Source of the DNA: the human T2T-CHM13v2.0 reference genome, Homo sapiens
Assembly (NCBI RefSeq): GCF_009914755.1
Contig: NC_060930.1
Reading direction: 5' to 3' (one strand)
Length of the DNA: 64,000 bases
Shown here: positions 16,235-40,940 of the stretch, one piece after another
How the letters are laid out: each line of letters begins with the position of its first letter
How positions within the stretch are numbered: the stretch's first letter is position 1
Program-made: the position numbers and the translations under genes
The notes under the pieces: model-generated
The model's input: only the letters and a program-made list of their open reading frames with translations
What the model was told of the DNA's origin: nothing
Database searches by the model: none

Positions 16235-17589
16235 TCACTATTTGATAGGTTAGCAAGCTTGTTGATTCATTTTTTTCCTATGTGATGCCAGAGAATACAT
16301 TTCAGCTAAAGGTGTTAAGGGATTAAAAGGTACCTAAATCTTTAATCTAGGAATATCTATTTTTCAATAGGTGTCAAAGCTCTTTATTCTTTTGGATTGT
16401 TCTAGGGGAGCCACAGCGGTATTTTATGTATGTGGCTGTAATGTCTGCACCCTAAATTGTCACGGTGTAAATATTTCTGGGTTCTAAATTTGTGGTAGCA
16501 GTTGCTATAGTTGTTGGTTTGTTTTTTTCTGACAGAGTTAAATTATGATTGTGAATTGTGTCCCACCTCCTTGTCTATGGGACAATACAAGGTATTTTCG
16601 TAAAGCCAAGTATTAATATTTACTCACTAACATTAAATGAATTATAGGAGGGGCAGAAACCACACTATTGGCTGTTTCTTTTTTCTAAAGTGTGCATAAA
16701 ATCCCAAATCCACCTACTGCTTGGTCTGAATGAATGCAGATTTCAAAATCATCTAAGCAACGTTATAGCATTTAGCTCTCAAAATGAAAGGAAGGCAATT
16801 GACTCTAAGTATTCTAGATTAATAATTCAAACTGTTTTAAAAAATATATCCCATACATTTCTTGCCTACTTGAATATACATCTTTTCTGTGGTTGTGTAA
16901 TTTTGTTTCTGCTTTTTTAACTTAATAGTTAATTATAATATTTTTCCATGTTGCTATATTATCTATCTTTTAAAAATGTCCACTAAATAATTATACTACA
17001 GCCATTGCTTTAGCCATTGGTGTTCAATTCAAATTTCTAGGCCTTGAATCAAACCTATTGAATCAAAAATACTGAGAGTAGACTCAAGAACCTCCATTAA
17101 ATAAATTCTTCTGTTTTATCAGAGGTAAAGCCTGAGGTTCAGGGATAGGAGTGGCCTCAGGAGTGCCTGTACTGCTGAATAGGAAAGTCATCATTTCCAC
17201 CATTGTAAATAATATTGCAATGAATATTGTTGTGAACATATCTTCTTCCTTCTTTGAATAATGTCCTTTTTTGGGCTATGCCATATTTCTTCCTAAATAG
17301 GAAGAACCATAAGTATGCAGAATTTTAATCTACTTTTCCTGACTTTCTTATATTCTTTTCCCTGATTAATTTATCCACAAATATCTCCAACAATGGTAAA
17401 TCTGATTTTAGCTACATTTTAAACTGTGAATATGAGACAGTCAATAGTTTAAATTTGACAAAGTTAACAGAAAAGATCAAATTCTTCCATACTTTACCTA
17501 GCAGACTAACCAGAACAGGAAAGAAGGCAGCGAAGGTGCAGTGGATCTGCAGCCACTGCTGAGGAACTGATAAGTGGTCGTACTGTAGC

Positions 17590-19500
17590 ATTAACTAACG
17601 TTCGTGAATGTTCTTTATACTTAGAGAGCCATTTCACATTCATTACCTGATAAGGTTCTCCCCACTCTGTGAGTAGGTATGATTATTCCCTTTGTGTTTA
17701 TGAGGAAACCAAGGCTCAAGATTGCTCAACAATTTGCCCTGAACAACTAGTAATTGTTTGAATGTGGAAGATTTTCTGCCTCACATCATACTCAAGTAGC
17801 TGTTTATTGGGGATGCCCTTTTCTTAATATAATATCCAGAGAGCTTTTCTTCTTTATATCTAATTTTACTGTTGTTTTAAAAATTAGGCAATTACAGTTC
17901 CATCAGCTCAATTCAAAACCTAGATAATAAGCAACATTTAGTTGCAAGGTACTCTAGGGAATACAAAAATGAGAGGGCACAACCCTGGGCTTTTGGGAAC
18001 TTTGATCTGGGAATTGTAAACAGCATGTTTAAAACAAGACAGAACCAAGGACTGTAGAGGATTTTCTAATTTCTTCCTTTACAGTTGAGGAAACAGGTCT
18101 GGCATCAAGGATTCCCCACTTGAGTTACTGCAAATAATCCTTCGGTGCTGGTCTCCTGCTCCGGGCTGCAAGTTCCTCTAGGACAGGGCATGGCTTCCTT
18201 ACGCCCATTGCTACACCCCGGTGTTTGTGCATGGGCAGGTACAGAGTGGGCACACATTTGATGCATCTTCACCTCAATTTCTTCCAAATGGAATATGCCT
18301 CCTGATATTTTTCTTTATGCAACAGGTATTTTCTTAGTTTCCATTATGTGGCATGCACTTTTTAGGCACTTGGGAGACCAGGGAACAAAACAGAAAATAC
18401 TCCCTGCTCTTCTGGGGTCAAAAGATATAATCAAACTTTTGCCTTGCAGGAGTTTGCTACCTATGGGATATACTATATCATAGGAGTAATGGTCAGAGTG
18501 TCTCTGCTTCTAGCTTTAGCTCTATACACTTAGTGCTAAAGAGGCACATGACTTCTAACAGCTGAAGAAGTTTCAGGAATATATCCTTTACCTCCTTCTC
18601 TTAATCTCAACTCTACATAAATCTGAGCTTCATGTAAAATTTTTGAAATTTTAGGGAGCTATCAAGGCAAAGACATAGAGTGGTGAAAGTGTGTAAAATG
18701 TTCGGAGCTGGTAAATGAACCACGTGGCCAGAGTGTAGGGCTCATAGAGCCTTTAGTTGGAGATGAGGTTGGAGAGTTAGCTTGACACCACAGTAGAGGG
18801 TCTTGGAAGAAGCCATTTAGATTTTGGGTAACTGAGAGTGTTTTGTGGTTTTTGATAAAGAAAACAAATACGAACTTACCTGTGTTTAGGAAGGTTACTG
18901 TGGCAGGGGTGAGAAGGATGCACCAGGTAGGGCAAAACAAATTAGGAGGGTTTTACACAAGCGTGTTATGAGATAATGGAGTTATAGCAAGACAATAGGA
19001 AGGACAGGAGAGATGAGAGACTGCAGAAGTAGAAACGACATGAGTTCATGATGGCTGATGGGCTAGAGGAGAAAATTCTTGAAGGTGATAGAGAAGTTGT
19101 TGATGATAGAGAGGTTGTCGATGACATCAACCATTAAAAATGTAAGGCAATGAGGAGGTTTTTGATTGATGGATGTGAGTGATACTATAAATGCAATTTG
19201 GATATCTTGTACCAACTATCCAGGACAGGATAATTTACATCATTTATATCAAGTAATTCAATTCAACTCAACACATATTTCTGGTGTCCTTACCACCTGC
19301 TAAGTGGTAGAAATGATTTAAGTATGAGAAGAGAAATCCTGCTGTAAATGGCCTTCGGTATAATGAAGGAAGTAAATATAAGCATGAACAATAACAAAAG
19401 GTGAAATACCGTATGATATGTTATGAGAGGTATAAGAGCCATTGAGACCTGAAGAAGGAAAAGAATATAGTTATTTAGGGGCAAGCTGTAATGCTTAGAA
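17590..19500. mobile_element. Cluster of degraded MIR and L2 fragments
   Basis: MIR core (tatgaggaaaccaaggctcaag) near 17700; L2 3'-type motifs near 18160-18400, 18660-19200 and 19250-19480. Confidence 0.5.
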
Positions 19501-20803
19501 CAGGATAGGATAGAAAATACATTTTTTAAAATTGAAAAGCAATATTATCAATAAACATATAATAAATATTTTTTAAAAAAATCTATTAAAATATCAAATT
19601 CAGAGAAATCAAATAAAAGTGGACTCAGTGTGCAACCAAATGTAATGGATATACTGTGATAATCTTAGTGAATTCCTTCTAAGGGGCTGGTACAAGATGT
19701 GCAAGTGAAAATCTATGCCTATAAACAGCTAAGAAAAAGAGATAGGCAAAGATGATTTGGGATATTTTAACTTACTGTAGATTATCATTATAGACTTGAG
19801 CTCTACACACTTTGACAATCTGTTGATTCTATGCCTGAACACTTTGAAATACCACAGCCTAGGATTTTGATGGGCTGGTCAGTTCCCAGGCAACTTGGCT
19901 AATGAGAGCAACTTCTGTGGCACTGCAGTAGACCTTGTAAGCATAAGCAGCTGGACAAACCTCTTTGTGAGATTGTGAAACTCATGATTTTTTCAGCACT
20001 ACTTTCCTGAGTTGATTTGATAATAACTGTTCTTCCAAACCATCAGTAGTAAGTTCTTTTAGTTAAGTGATAAATCATAGCCAGATTGTACTGCAAACTG
20101 GTTGATGTTTAACTTCTTCAGCATTCATAGATGTCTCTGAAAATTCATGTTTGGTTAGGTCCAGTATAGCATAATTTATTTTTCCTTAAAATTTCCAACC
20201 ATTGCCTCAAAAGAGACAAACACTTTGGCCTGAGCATCAAGTATCATATTCGCCCGTTTTTTCTGACCAGGAAAATGTTTCAATCTATGTGTCTTCACTT
20301 CTCATTCATTTTTTTAAGTTTCCCATTTTCTCTGCATAAGTAGTTGCTTCCTGTCTTCCAGCTGGGCAAAAATTTCTAGTATCAGAAGTTAGGAGTATTG
20401 TGCATGATTATATTGGCTCTTTTGCTTTGTTGTAAACAATACACTTAGTTTTATCATACTATTTGTGAAGTTTTATTGAATAATTGTGAGGCAGGTTTCC
20501 AAAGGCACATTGATTATTGACTGCAGATTGAGATAGATCAGGAGGTTCAGTTCTGTGTCCTCTTAATAGAGTTGATAAATCATCATTTTCAATTGGAATG
20601 ACATCTGACCACCAAACAGGAACACCTTGTACTCTCTTGCCTTTTGTCTCAGGATTAGGAGGGCAATTGGAACCACCAGCCAAAGCAGACGTCTCAGCAT
20701 CTCTTAGCCTTTGCCCCATTCCAGACAGGATGCTAGAGGTAGACTCAGCTAAGAATTATTATCTGGTCTCCTTAGCAGAGGGTGTTGATTTTAAGTACCT
20801 TGG

Positions 20804-20960
20804 TTTTTTTTTGGAAACAGAGTTTTGCTCTGACGCCCAGGCAGGAGTGAAGTGGCGTGATCTTGGCTCACTGCAACCTCTGCCTCCTGGGTTCAAGAGG
20901 TTCTTATTCCACAGCCTCCTGAGTAGCTGGGACTACAGGCACGGGTCACCACACCTAGCA
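20804..20960 (-). mobile_element. 5'-truncated Alu (right arm only)
   Basis: Right-arm sequence; TSD attttaagta(ta)cctt on both sides. Confidence 0.82.
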
Positions 20961-22293
20961 ATTTTAAGTATACCTTAAAGTATGCTCTGATTCCAGATGT
21001 TTGCACTGAGAGTCTGTTAGTTTTTTTAAAAACCTATTTTTTTGTGTTTCTGTTTTATGAAAGTAATACGGCTTGTAGAAAATTTGAAAATACCAAGTTT
21101 GAAGAAAATAGCCCATCATATCACAACTCACTCACTGTTAATGTCTTATTGCCATCTTGTCTTTGTAAAACACAATTTATAGATACATCTTAGTTATTAT
21201 ACATATATAAACATTATATATGTATATTCCTAGTTTTTTACTTTAATTTTGCTAGCAAATTTTGTGTGTTTTATGTTTGAACAACAAATCACTTTGCGCT
21301 CTAGTAACCTCTGGACTTGTCTTGTTTCTCTCTGTTACACATTTACTTGACAAAAAGTACCTTTGTGTCAGGTCAGCATGGGACCTTTGGTTATATTTCA
21401 TTTATACTGCAGATGTCCAGGAAGGGGGATTATACCATGTTTCCAGTATGTACTAGGTTAGAATATCCTAGGGGATATGTTTTCATTTTAAGAGCCTAAT
21501 GTATAGTCTGATTACTGTTACCCAAGATAAGATAGAAAGTAGCAATTCTAATTTGTGCCAGAGGCTGTGAGTTTCTTAAAAGACCTGAACCTGATCTGGG
21601 GTCATTCCATTAAAGATACTCATAGAATGGTCTATATGCAGTCCTTAAACATGATTTTCAGAGAATTTACGATCATTTGGTCAAATGCTCAGAATCCCCC
21701 ATTGATGTGGCCATATTTATATAAATCGATGGCCTGGTGGTCTTTAGGGCTTTAGGGTTGGCTGCAGTTATGGGTGGAGACTAGTTCATTCAGGGAGCTG
21801 GCAGTTAGGAGAATTAGCCACCATCTCCTCCACATTCTTTCCTTTTTTGGAACTTTGCTCATGTCTGCGTCAGTGGAGCCTAGACCTGGAATCTCAATTG
21901 TGTGATTTTGTTTCCAGAAATAAGTAAGTGGGCACTAGAGTAAGTTGTTATCAGGCTAAGCTGGAAAGAAATAAATAACATTTCTGAGCCTCACTGATTT
22001 AAATGGAATTCACTAGAATTCCAAGGTCTGTCAGTAATTAAAGACAACTCTGAAAATTCAGAGAAGATTCTATTTTTGTCTCAGTCACTTAAAGAACAGT
22101 CAGGTTAGCAGAAACTGACTGTGATGTCAGCTACCACTATTGCCAAATTCATACCTCATGTCAATTAAATTGCCAGTTACAGGCATTATGTACTTTCACA
22201 GTTTGTAAGACATTTCATTTTTCAATGATTTTTGTCTGACTGTATAGTCTTGGATTAAAGACTTCTGACAGAGGAAGGCACTGTAATAGAGCA

Positions 22294-23356
<1,063 letters not shown>

Positions 23357-23559
23357 AATACAGCATAGTAAATATCAACATTCTCTAAATTTATAAACTT
23401 TAAAATCAGAACCTTTTACCGAAGTTGTGATGCACTGCTCAAGATATTGTTAACCAAGGAGGGTCAGAGGATGAGGGCATTTTCAGTTTAGGAGCAGCTA
23501 CAGCATAGGGACTTCAGAGCCCTTTACCTTAACTTTAGAAGGTCTAAGAGAAGAATGGC

Positions 23560-23815
23560 AATAATAAACAGTAATCATAGCTAAATTGATTAAACATGGT
23601 CAACATACTGGGTACCGTGTTGACCACTTTAACGTGTTGTCGTCTTTCATCTTCATCACAACCTTACAAGGTAGTTAGAGTGATAATTCTCATTTTGTAG
23701 AACACAGAGAGGTTAGAGGCTTTTCCGAGGTTATGGAGCTACTAATGCCAGAGCCAAAACTTGAACTCAGGTCCGCTCAAATACAAACGCATGCTCTTCA
23801 AACACATGCTCTTAA
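23560..23815 (+). mobile_element. MIR
   Basis: cttcatcacaaccttacaaggtag...cattttgtag...cagagaggtta...cttgaactcaggtc. Confidence 0.65.
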
Positions 23816-24433
23816 ACTGTAAGCTTTGTGCATTTCTTGTTGGTGATTAGCCCTTACATCTTGGCAAATCAAAGGCAAGGCCATTTTACCATGCTCAGAT
23901 TCATTGACGTTCTCATAAAGCAACAGAAGTCAAAATTTAAAGTAGAGGGTGTGAGCCTTCTCCTGCTATTATTCTTGTTTTCTTTTCAATTCAGGATTCT
24001 GTAGGCACAAAAACACAAAATGATATACCTTTTAGTCACAGGGTGTGCATGTTTTTCTGATCATTTAAATAATTTTAAAACACTGCAGACAAGTCTCACT
24101 TATGCTTAAATCCTGAATAAAATATTAGCAAATAAAATAAAGGAATACATTAAAATGGGATTTGAAATATTGGTAAATGGAATCCAGCAGCACATTTCAA
24201 CGAAACAAGTTTTTTTTGTGAAAAAGCAAAAATATCTTTAAAATGGGATTAGTAATATGTAGTCAGCCAAACAAATAGATTTAAAAACCCATTTTCATCC
24301 TAATAAATGGTAAAAAGGTATTTGACAAAATTCAACATCAATTTTTAAAAAAGTTCTCATAGTAAAAGAGGCCTAGATTAATATTCTTCACTTGATAAAA
24401 AATATGTATGTTTCAAAGCAAATACTAGTATCC

Positions 24434-24743
24434 CTTTTTTTAAAATTTATTTTTATTTTTTGAGACAGAGTCTCACTCTTTTGCCCAGGCTGGAGTGCAG
24501 TGCTGCAATCTTAGCTAAACATAACCTCTGCCTCTCGGGTTCGAGCAATTCTCTTGCTTCAGCCTCTTGAGTAGCTGGGATTACAGGCGTGCACCACCAG
24601 GCTTTCCTAATTTTTGTATTTTTAGTAGAGACAGGGTTTCACCATGTTGGCCAGGCTGGTCTCAAACTCCTGACCTCAAGTGATCCTCCCGCCTCGGCCT
24701 CCTAAAGTGTTGGGATTACAGGTGTGAGCCATTGTGCCAGGCC
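24434..24743 (-). mobile_element. AluS
   Basis: Antisense Alu; short TSD tagtat. Confidence 0.92.
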
Positions 24744-24771
24744 TTAGTATTGCATTTAATAATGAAACACT

Positions 24772-25062
<291 letters not shown>

Positions 25063-25388
25063 ATGAAACACAATAACACTAGTTTTTCTATAAAAATTAA
25101 GCAAGAAAGACAAAGATGTGTATTATTGCACTGTACAGAGAACACAGTTCTCAATATAGTATTCAAATTTCTTAGATTTAGGGCTTAGCAAAGTGCCTGG
25201 CACACAATAGAAACTCAATTATTTGTTAAATGAATTAGTGACATTGAAACAAGAGGAATAAATTCTGGAATAGCGGAGGCATAATCATTATTTGCAGATA
25301 ATATAGTTTTGTTTCAATAGAATTAACTAAAAAATGACTAGAAATAATAGGAACATTCAGAATAGTGGCTAGGTTCAAAATTAATATA

Positions 25389-26606
25389 CCACCACCTGCT
25401 CCACCTCTGTGGCCTCCTGGACCACCTATGGGTCTTCCTCCTGGACCACCCCCAGGAGTTCCTCCAGGCATTCCTGAGACCACCTGGAATGCCAGGCCTC
25501 TGAGGGCTTTTACCCCAACATTTACCTCCAGGACCACCAGTAGGCTGACTCCCGGCCCCTCTCCCAGGCCCTCTCCCACCTCCAGGTCTTTCTCCTGGGA
25601 ACAACCACCAAAGCGACCTCCCCCTGCACCTTCAGGTATCCCTCTTTCTCATCCTGGCAGGATGATCCACCTTTGGTGCCTCCACATAGACTTGCCCCTA
25701 TCCACCCTTGGTTTTTTCCACCAGCTCCCTTGCTAAACCCTGCGATTTTCAGTGCACCACCCACCTTGATTCGGCAACCCAAGGTGGATGATATGAGTGT
25801 GGCCACCATTGAGAAGAAAGCCACAACAACCACCAGTGCCAAGCCACAGATCACTGCTAATTCCAAGGCAGAGCTTACTTGATTTGTGCCCATGGCATTG
25901 AGAGTAGATCGGGAAAATGAAAGGGCTACTGCCACTCCTCCAAGAAAAGTCAGTGGATGATTCTGCTGTGCCTCTTGCCAAAGCAGCTCTCAAATCTGGT
26001 TCTTCCATTCCTGTCTCAGTACAGACCAAGGATGATGTTTTGGGACTTTCATGAAAGCTGGAAGGGTTACTGTGACACCTTATTTCAGTTCAAGGGCTAT
26101 CCTAAAGTTTAGCCTTGTTCAGAATTTACTACATATAAGAGAGGGTATCTCATTCAGAATCGATTGGCTATTGAAACAGTGCTGCCACATCCATTCCTTT
26201 TTGTACCACCATTTTCATCCTGTTTCTTCCCCTTTTCCAGTTCTTTGGAGATTTGTGATCGAGGATCTCAGTTACTTATTTGTTTTGACTCTCTTTTTGT
26301 GTGCTGTGGGCACTGGAGCGAGAGATTTCTGAAAAACGAGTTTATTTTACCTTGCCTTTTGTTTTTGAGTTATTTTTTGATATTTTCCTATAAATATTTT
26401 GTAATATTCTACTTGTAGTGAAATGAATCACAATGTCATTTCCTGATACAAAGCAGGATCTGTGGGAAGAAAACATACAGTTCTCTGATTAAAATTATTT
26501 CCCAAGCAGAGCCTGAGGCAAGAACAAAGTGCTGATACTATCTTCGGGCTAAACTTTGAGTGTTTTATGGGAAAAATAAGTAAATGTTCTAAATCAAGAC
26601 AAAAAA
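25389..26606 (+). pseudogene. WBP11P: WBP11 5'-truncated processed pseudogene (Pro-rich C-terminus plus 3'UTR)
   Basis: PPPAPPL.PPGPP.GLPPGPPPG; SAPPTLIRQPKVDDMSVATIEKKATTTTSAKPQIT; SVQTKDDV...EGLL* near 26074; multiple frameshifts; A-rich tail. Confidence 0.9.
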
Positions 26607-26607
26607 G

Positions 26608-33073
<6,466 letters not shown>

Positions 33074-33589
33074 CCTAGACAGTGTAATGGAAGAAATGAT
33101 CCCTTTTTTCTAACCACAGAACTAACTGCAATAGTAAGAAGTACACCTGCCTTATATGAAGAAAACCTGAAAATTCTGCCAAAGATATCCAAACGCGCAC
33201 CCTCTGTCCTTTGCAATTGTTACAACGTCAGTTCTAAACCTACACATTAATAGATGCTAATAGAAATGCCAATAGGAAATTTCAAAACCACCCAACTGAT
33301 TAAAAAGTTTAATAAGGGATTCGGGAACCATGCCCTCTGTGGCAAAAGGTTAATTATGTGAAAAATTTAAAGGCCAATTTGGCAATACCTATCAAAATAA
33401 AATTGACCTCATATTTTCACTTTTAGAAATTCATCTTCCAGATAATTCTCTAAGTGTGCAAATTTAAATAGGTATATAACTACACATATACATTCATAAG
33501 ATAATGTATATATGTATGTACAAGGGGTTATTTTTGTAGCATTGATTTTTTTATTGCTTGAACGATCACAAATGGCATTTATTAGGGTT

Positions 33590-34117
33590 TTTGTTTATTT
33601 GTTTGTTCATTTGTTTTTAGACAGGGTTTTATTCCCGTCACCCAGGCTGCAATGGTGTGATCTCGGCCCACTGCAACCTCTGCCTCCTGGGCTCAATGAC
33701 TCTCCTGCCTCAGCCTTCGGAGTAGCTGGGACCATAGGAGTGCACTACTACACCTGGCTGATTTTTGTATTTTTAGTAGAGACAGGGTTTCATCATGTTG
33801 CACAGCCTGGTGATCTGCCTGCCTCAGGCTTCAAAAGTGCTGGGATTACAGGCATAAGCCACCGCGCCCAGCCTCATTTATTACATTTTAATGAAAAAAA
33901 GGCATAAAAATCTGTCACAAACACACATACATACACATACACATACACATACACAAGACTTTCTCTATTTCTGAGCATTCTTCCTAAGAAACAACTTACA
34001 GGGCAGTTTTTTGTTTTTAAAGACAGGCTGGAGTGCACTGGCTATTCACAGGCTCAAGTGGTCCTCCTTCCTTAGCCCCCTGTAGTTGGGACTGCAGGCG
34101 CACATCATCGCACCTGG
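33590..34117 (-). mobile_element. Internally deleted Alu (33590-33873), (CA/TACA)n tract and FAM-like fragment (34008-34117)
   Basis: Antisense Alu motifs with missing blocks. Confidence 0.75.
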
Positions 34118-34136
34118 TATTTTTCCTGTTAAAGTA

Positions 34137-34720
34137 TGTCTGAACCCAGGTTTTCTAGAAGGCAGAGCCTGAGGCAAGAACCAAGTGCTAATACTTTCTT
34201 TGGAATGTCCAAGTCTAAGGATTTGAGGGTGAGCAATGAAAAGAAATAAGGCAAAAAATATTGTGACGCAAAGCAGTGTTTCCTCACTGGCTACTGCTTT
34301 ACAACAAAATGCAGAGACTCAGCAGGTGCCTGGGCAAGCACTTTCACCCAGCATGCAAGATTTCTCTGAAGGAGTTAGAAGGAAGAATTGCATCTCCAAG
34401 TAGTCCACAAAAGAGAGAAAATCAGGAATTTTCTCCCAAATTTTCAAGAATTTTCAAAATCCAAGAGAATTTCCTTCCCAGCTGTCCTTTGTCTCTCATT
34501 TCTCATTTCTCATCGGTGAAGGTTTACTCTGCCAGGACTCCCCCACACTTCTGGTTTGTGTCATCTGGCTCTTCAGTGGCTCCTCAAGAAGCCAAATCCC
34601 ATGCCCCAGGGTGTGACTTTTCAAGTCTGAAAGTGGAGGCCAACCTGGTGGTTGGTTTCAACCTAGAGAAAGAAGGAGGCTATTAAGAGGCTCCAAGAAG
34701 GCAAACGAGGTCTGTTTCCA
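34137..34720. mobile_element. Old ERVL-class LTR (LTR33/LTR16-like)
   Basis: Terminal motif caggttttctagaaggcagagcctgaggcaag typical of this group. Confidence 0.5.
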
Positions 34721-34824
34721 ATGCAGGCTAGAATACACCTGTCTTGGGCATGCACGTGTTGCTCCTGAAAATAGCGAACCCTCTGGCCTATCTCAGAAAT
34801 GGCTCTGTAGCTGAAGGGCTCTGA

Positions 34825-35137
<313 letters not shown>

Positions 35138-35844
35138 TGAGAAATAATCTCTTAACCTAGAAATCAGTGGAGAAGCCAAGCTATAAAGACACTTTCAGTT
35201 AGGAGTATTTGGCCTCAGTGAATGTAGGTCAGCATGCAGCTAATGAACTGGTTTCCTTTCTGATGTCCAGCACATCCGCCAACTCTGCTGGCTGTAGAGA
35301 GGCTTGTAGAGCTGCTGTTTGCAGCCCTGTTTGCAATAGCAAAAAGTTGGAAACAATCTTTTTAAATCAATTATAGAATATCCAAACAAGAACATTCTAC
35401 CTAGTGGTTGAAAAAGAATGAGGTATTTATGTTCTGACACAGGAATATAGTTGTCTTTTTAAAATACATTTAAAAAAATCAGATTACGTAATGATTCTAA
35501 TTGTGGAGGGAAAAGATAATATTATATATGCTTGTACATGCATTAAAAAAATTATCTAAGGGTACAGAAAAACATGTTGGAAAATATCATTAGCATGAAA
35601 GGTCTGAGGAAACCAGGGGACAAGGGTAGAGGAGATCTTTTTACCTTATGGACATCTATACAATTTGAGTTATTTTTAATGCACACATATTATTTTAAAA
35701 ATGAAAATAAGAAGCAAAATGAAAAAGTATAACTGAAACATACTTAAAATAGAAACTCTTAAAATATCTTTAAAAGTCTAAGGGGGAGAATAAAATCCAC
35801 CTGAGATTCTACTAACTAGAGACGACTATTAATATTTTGTGATG

Positions 35845-38600
<2,756 letters not shown>

Positions 38601-38839
38601 ATATCATTTTTGGTGACTACATAACATTCTGTTCTGTAGCTATATCATAATTTGTTTGCACATTTATCTATTTCTTTTGCTTATCTTCTGAAGCTCTTTT
38701 CCTTCATTGGTTAATCAAGCATACTGTCCTTGGCAAAACACTGGGCTCTGATGTCTTCCTAAGATCATGATGAGGATGACCTTGGAGACTGCCTGGCAGG
38801 CAGCTGTACCTGCCATGATAGTATCCCTTTAGCGTGACC

Positions 38840-40250
38840 TCCCCTGATGGCTATTTCTAAAATAGCATTGCCCTTCATTACTCTAGCTCTTTACTCAGCT
38901 TCGTATTATTCTTGCTACTGTTGTTAATAGTAGCAGTGGCAATGTAGTCATTGTCTTCTACACTGGTTTACCTGATCATGCCGTCTACATCTTCATTTAT
39001 CATCTGTCTTCCCACCTGGATTGTAAGCTCCATGACAGCAGGGCCGTGGTGTGATTTTGTTCTCTACTGTATACCCTGTGCCTAGATCAGTGTCAAGTTC
39101 ACAGTAGATGGTCAATAAATATAAGCATAAAGGATGGAGGATCTTCATTGCTTCTATTCCGCTTTTCTATTAAAAAAGGGAATTGCTACTCAATTCCTAA
39201 GTCTAAATACTGTTTAAGCAGCCCTTGTGAAACCAGTATGAAGTATTTCTTGGGTCCCAGCTGTTTGCTGTTAGAATTACCAAATGGTAGACCTAGATAT
39301 GGGACCCAGTAGGTGATCTAATCCATCCTTTTATAGATGCTATGACAATTTAGGCTCAGCACAATAGTGATGGTTGCAGAAACGAGGGTAGGGAAGAATA
39401 AAAGTATTTAACTTCTCAAGAAATTGACAACCTAGATGGAAAGAGAAGATTAAGACACTTGAGAAAATGATAATTTGAGGCCACATATCTCTGTGTCGAA
39501 TTGTGTGTGTGACTCTATTTCTACCTTCAAAAATTTTATAATCTTGTAAAATACTATTTAAACAAAGGATATATTTACAAAGTTAAATAAAGACAGAAGC
39601 AATAAAAATTACTATAAAGGGAGAATTGCAAAGCCAAGGGATTTGGGAACAGACCAGAGGAATCTCATTTTGTCTGGAGGACTTGAGATGGTTTCATGGA
39701 GGAAGGGACATTTAAGCTGGTGTCGAGGAGTCTGTAAATAGTGCTGGTTAGAGGTAGGGGTGTGAGGATGAAGGCGTTAAAGGCAGAGGGAACTATGAAA
39801 GTAAAGGCATGGCCAATGAAAATATTTGGCATTTTTGAAAAATGGCAACTGTCCTGCACCTAGAAGACAGGGGGTGAGGGATATAGGGGATGTGAAAGGA
39901 TGAGGAGGGCTGGCCAGAGAGGCAAGGAGGTGTTGGGCCAGAGTGTAACTGTGCTGATGGTTTGGACTGTATCAGCTGAGTAACAGGGAGACACTGAAGG
40001 TGTTTTATTAGGGATGTGACAAGATCAGATCTGTGTCTTAGATGATTCTGACAGCAAGGTGAATGACATATTGGGATGGAGTGGGAGGACAGCTAGAAAG
40101 AGTGAAATGCTTAGGAAACTTCTGCAGTTGATGGTTACAGAGTGAGCTAGTGAAGATCTAAATTAGAGAGCTCCCTGAAAATGAAGAGATGGTTGTAGAG
40201 ATAATTCAGAAGTAAACTGATTGGAAGAACTTGGGGACTAGTGAAAGTGC
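38840..40250. mobile_element. L2 fragments (+ at about 38840-39130; - at about 39600-40250)
   Basis: gattgtaagctccatgacagcaggg...gtcaataaat; ggaggaagggacatttaagctgg, gacaagatcagatctgtgt. Confidence 0.6.
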
Positions 40251-40940
40251 TAGGAATGTTTTCAAGTAAGATGAGTACTAACTATGCCATCAGGTCACAA
40301 GAATCCCTAACACATTTCTAGGACCCCAAAACAAAAGCTGCACTTTGAAATGCCCAGATCTGCTAATTCATTTTTTCCTGAACTCCCTTGTCCTCATCCC
40401 CTGGCTCCCTTCTCAGAATTTACTCTGAAAAGTCTCTGCCTGAATCCGAAAGGCCTTTCCCAGTTTGCACATAATCCTCCAGTGGACTGGGCAAAGACTT
40501 TTCATGGCCATGTTGGGAAAGAGGCCGTTGCAGTTTAGGATGGCAATCCTTAAGGGATGTTCTGGCATTCCCTGGGTTACAGACTTTCTCACAGCCTTGG
40601 GTGTGCTCCCACTATTCCCTCTTTTCTTTATAGCTGTCACCCTGTCACTCTCACTAAACTTGTCTGCTGCTCAAACCATACCTATGCACACCATTGGTTT
40701 CCATTGCTGATAAGGCTGAGACTAGTTGGATGTGACCTTTTGCTCTTTTCTAAACTGTATGTGCCCTCTTGTTGTTTTCTCAAAATTTCTCCTTTCCAAA
40801 AGACTTTCAAAATCTCTTGCCTACCTCTTGTTTGTATGCTGTAGTAGGTGTTTATATTTACTGTATGTGTGCCCTGTGATTTGATTGTAAGCCTCTTGCA
40901 GGCTCCGCTCTGCTCAATTCCTTTTTGGTGACTACTAAAT

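Noticed and set aside
18085-18238. Strong AG...GT bounded segment as an extra exon
   Set aside because: Composed of MIR core and L2 3'-end sequence, and not needed for frame continuity.
19769-19780. Minus-strand donor ACA|GTAAGT
   Set aside because: It is the reverse complement of the + strand acceptor of the 19781 exon remnant, so probably coincidental.
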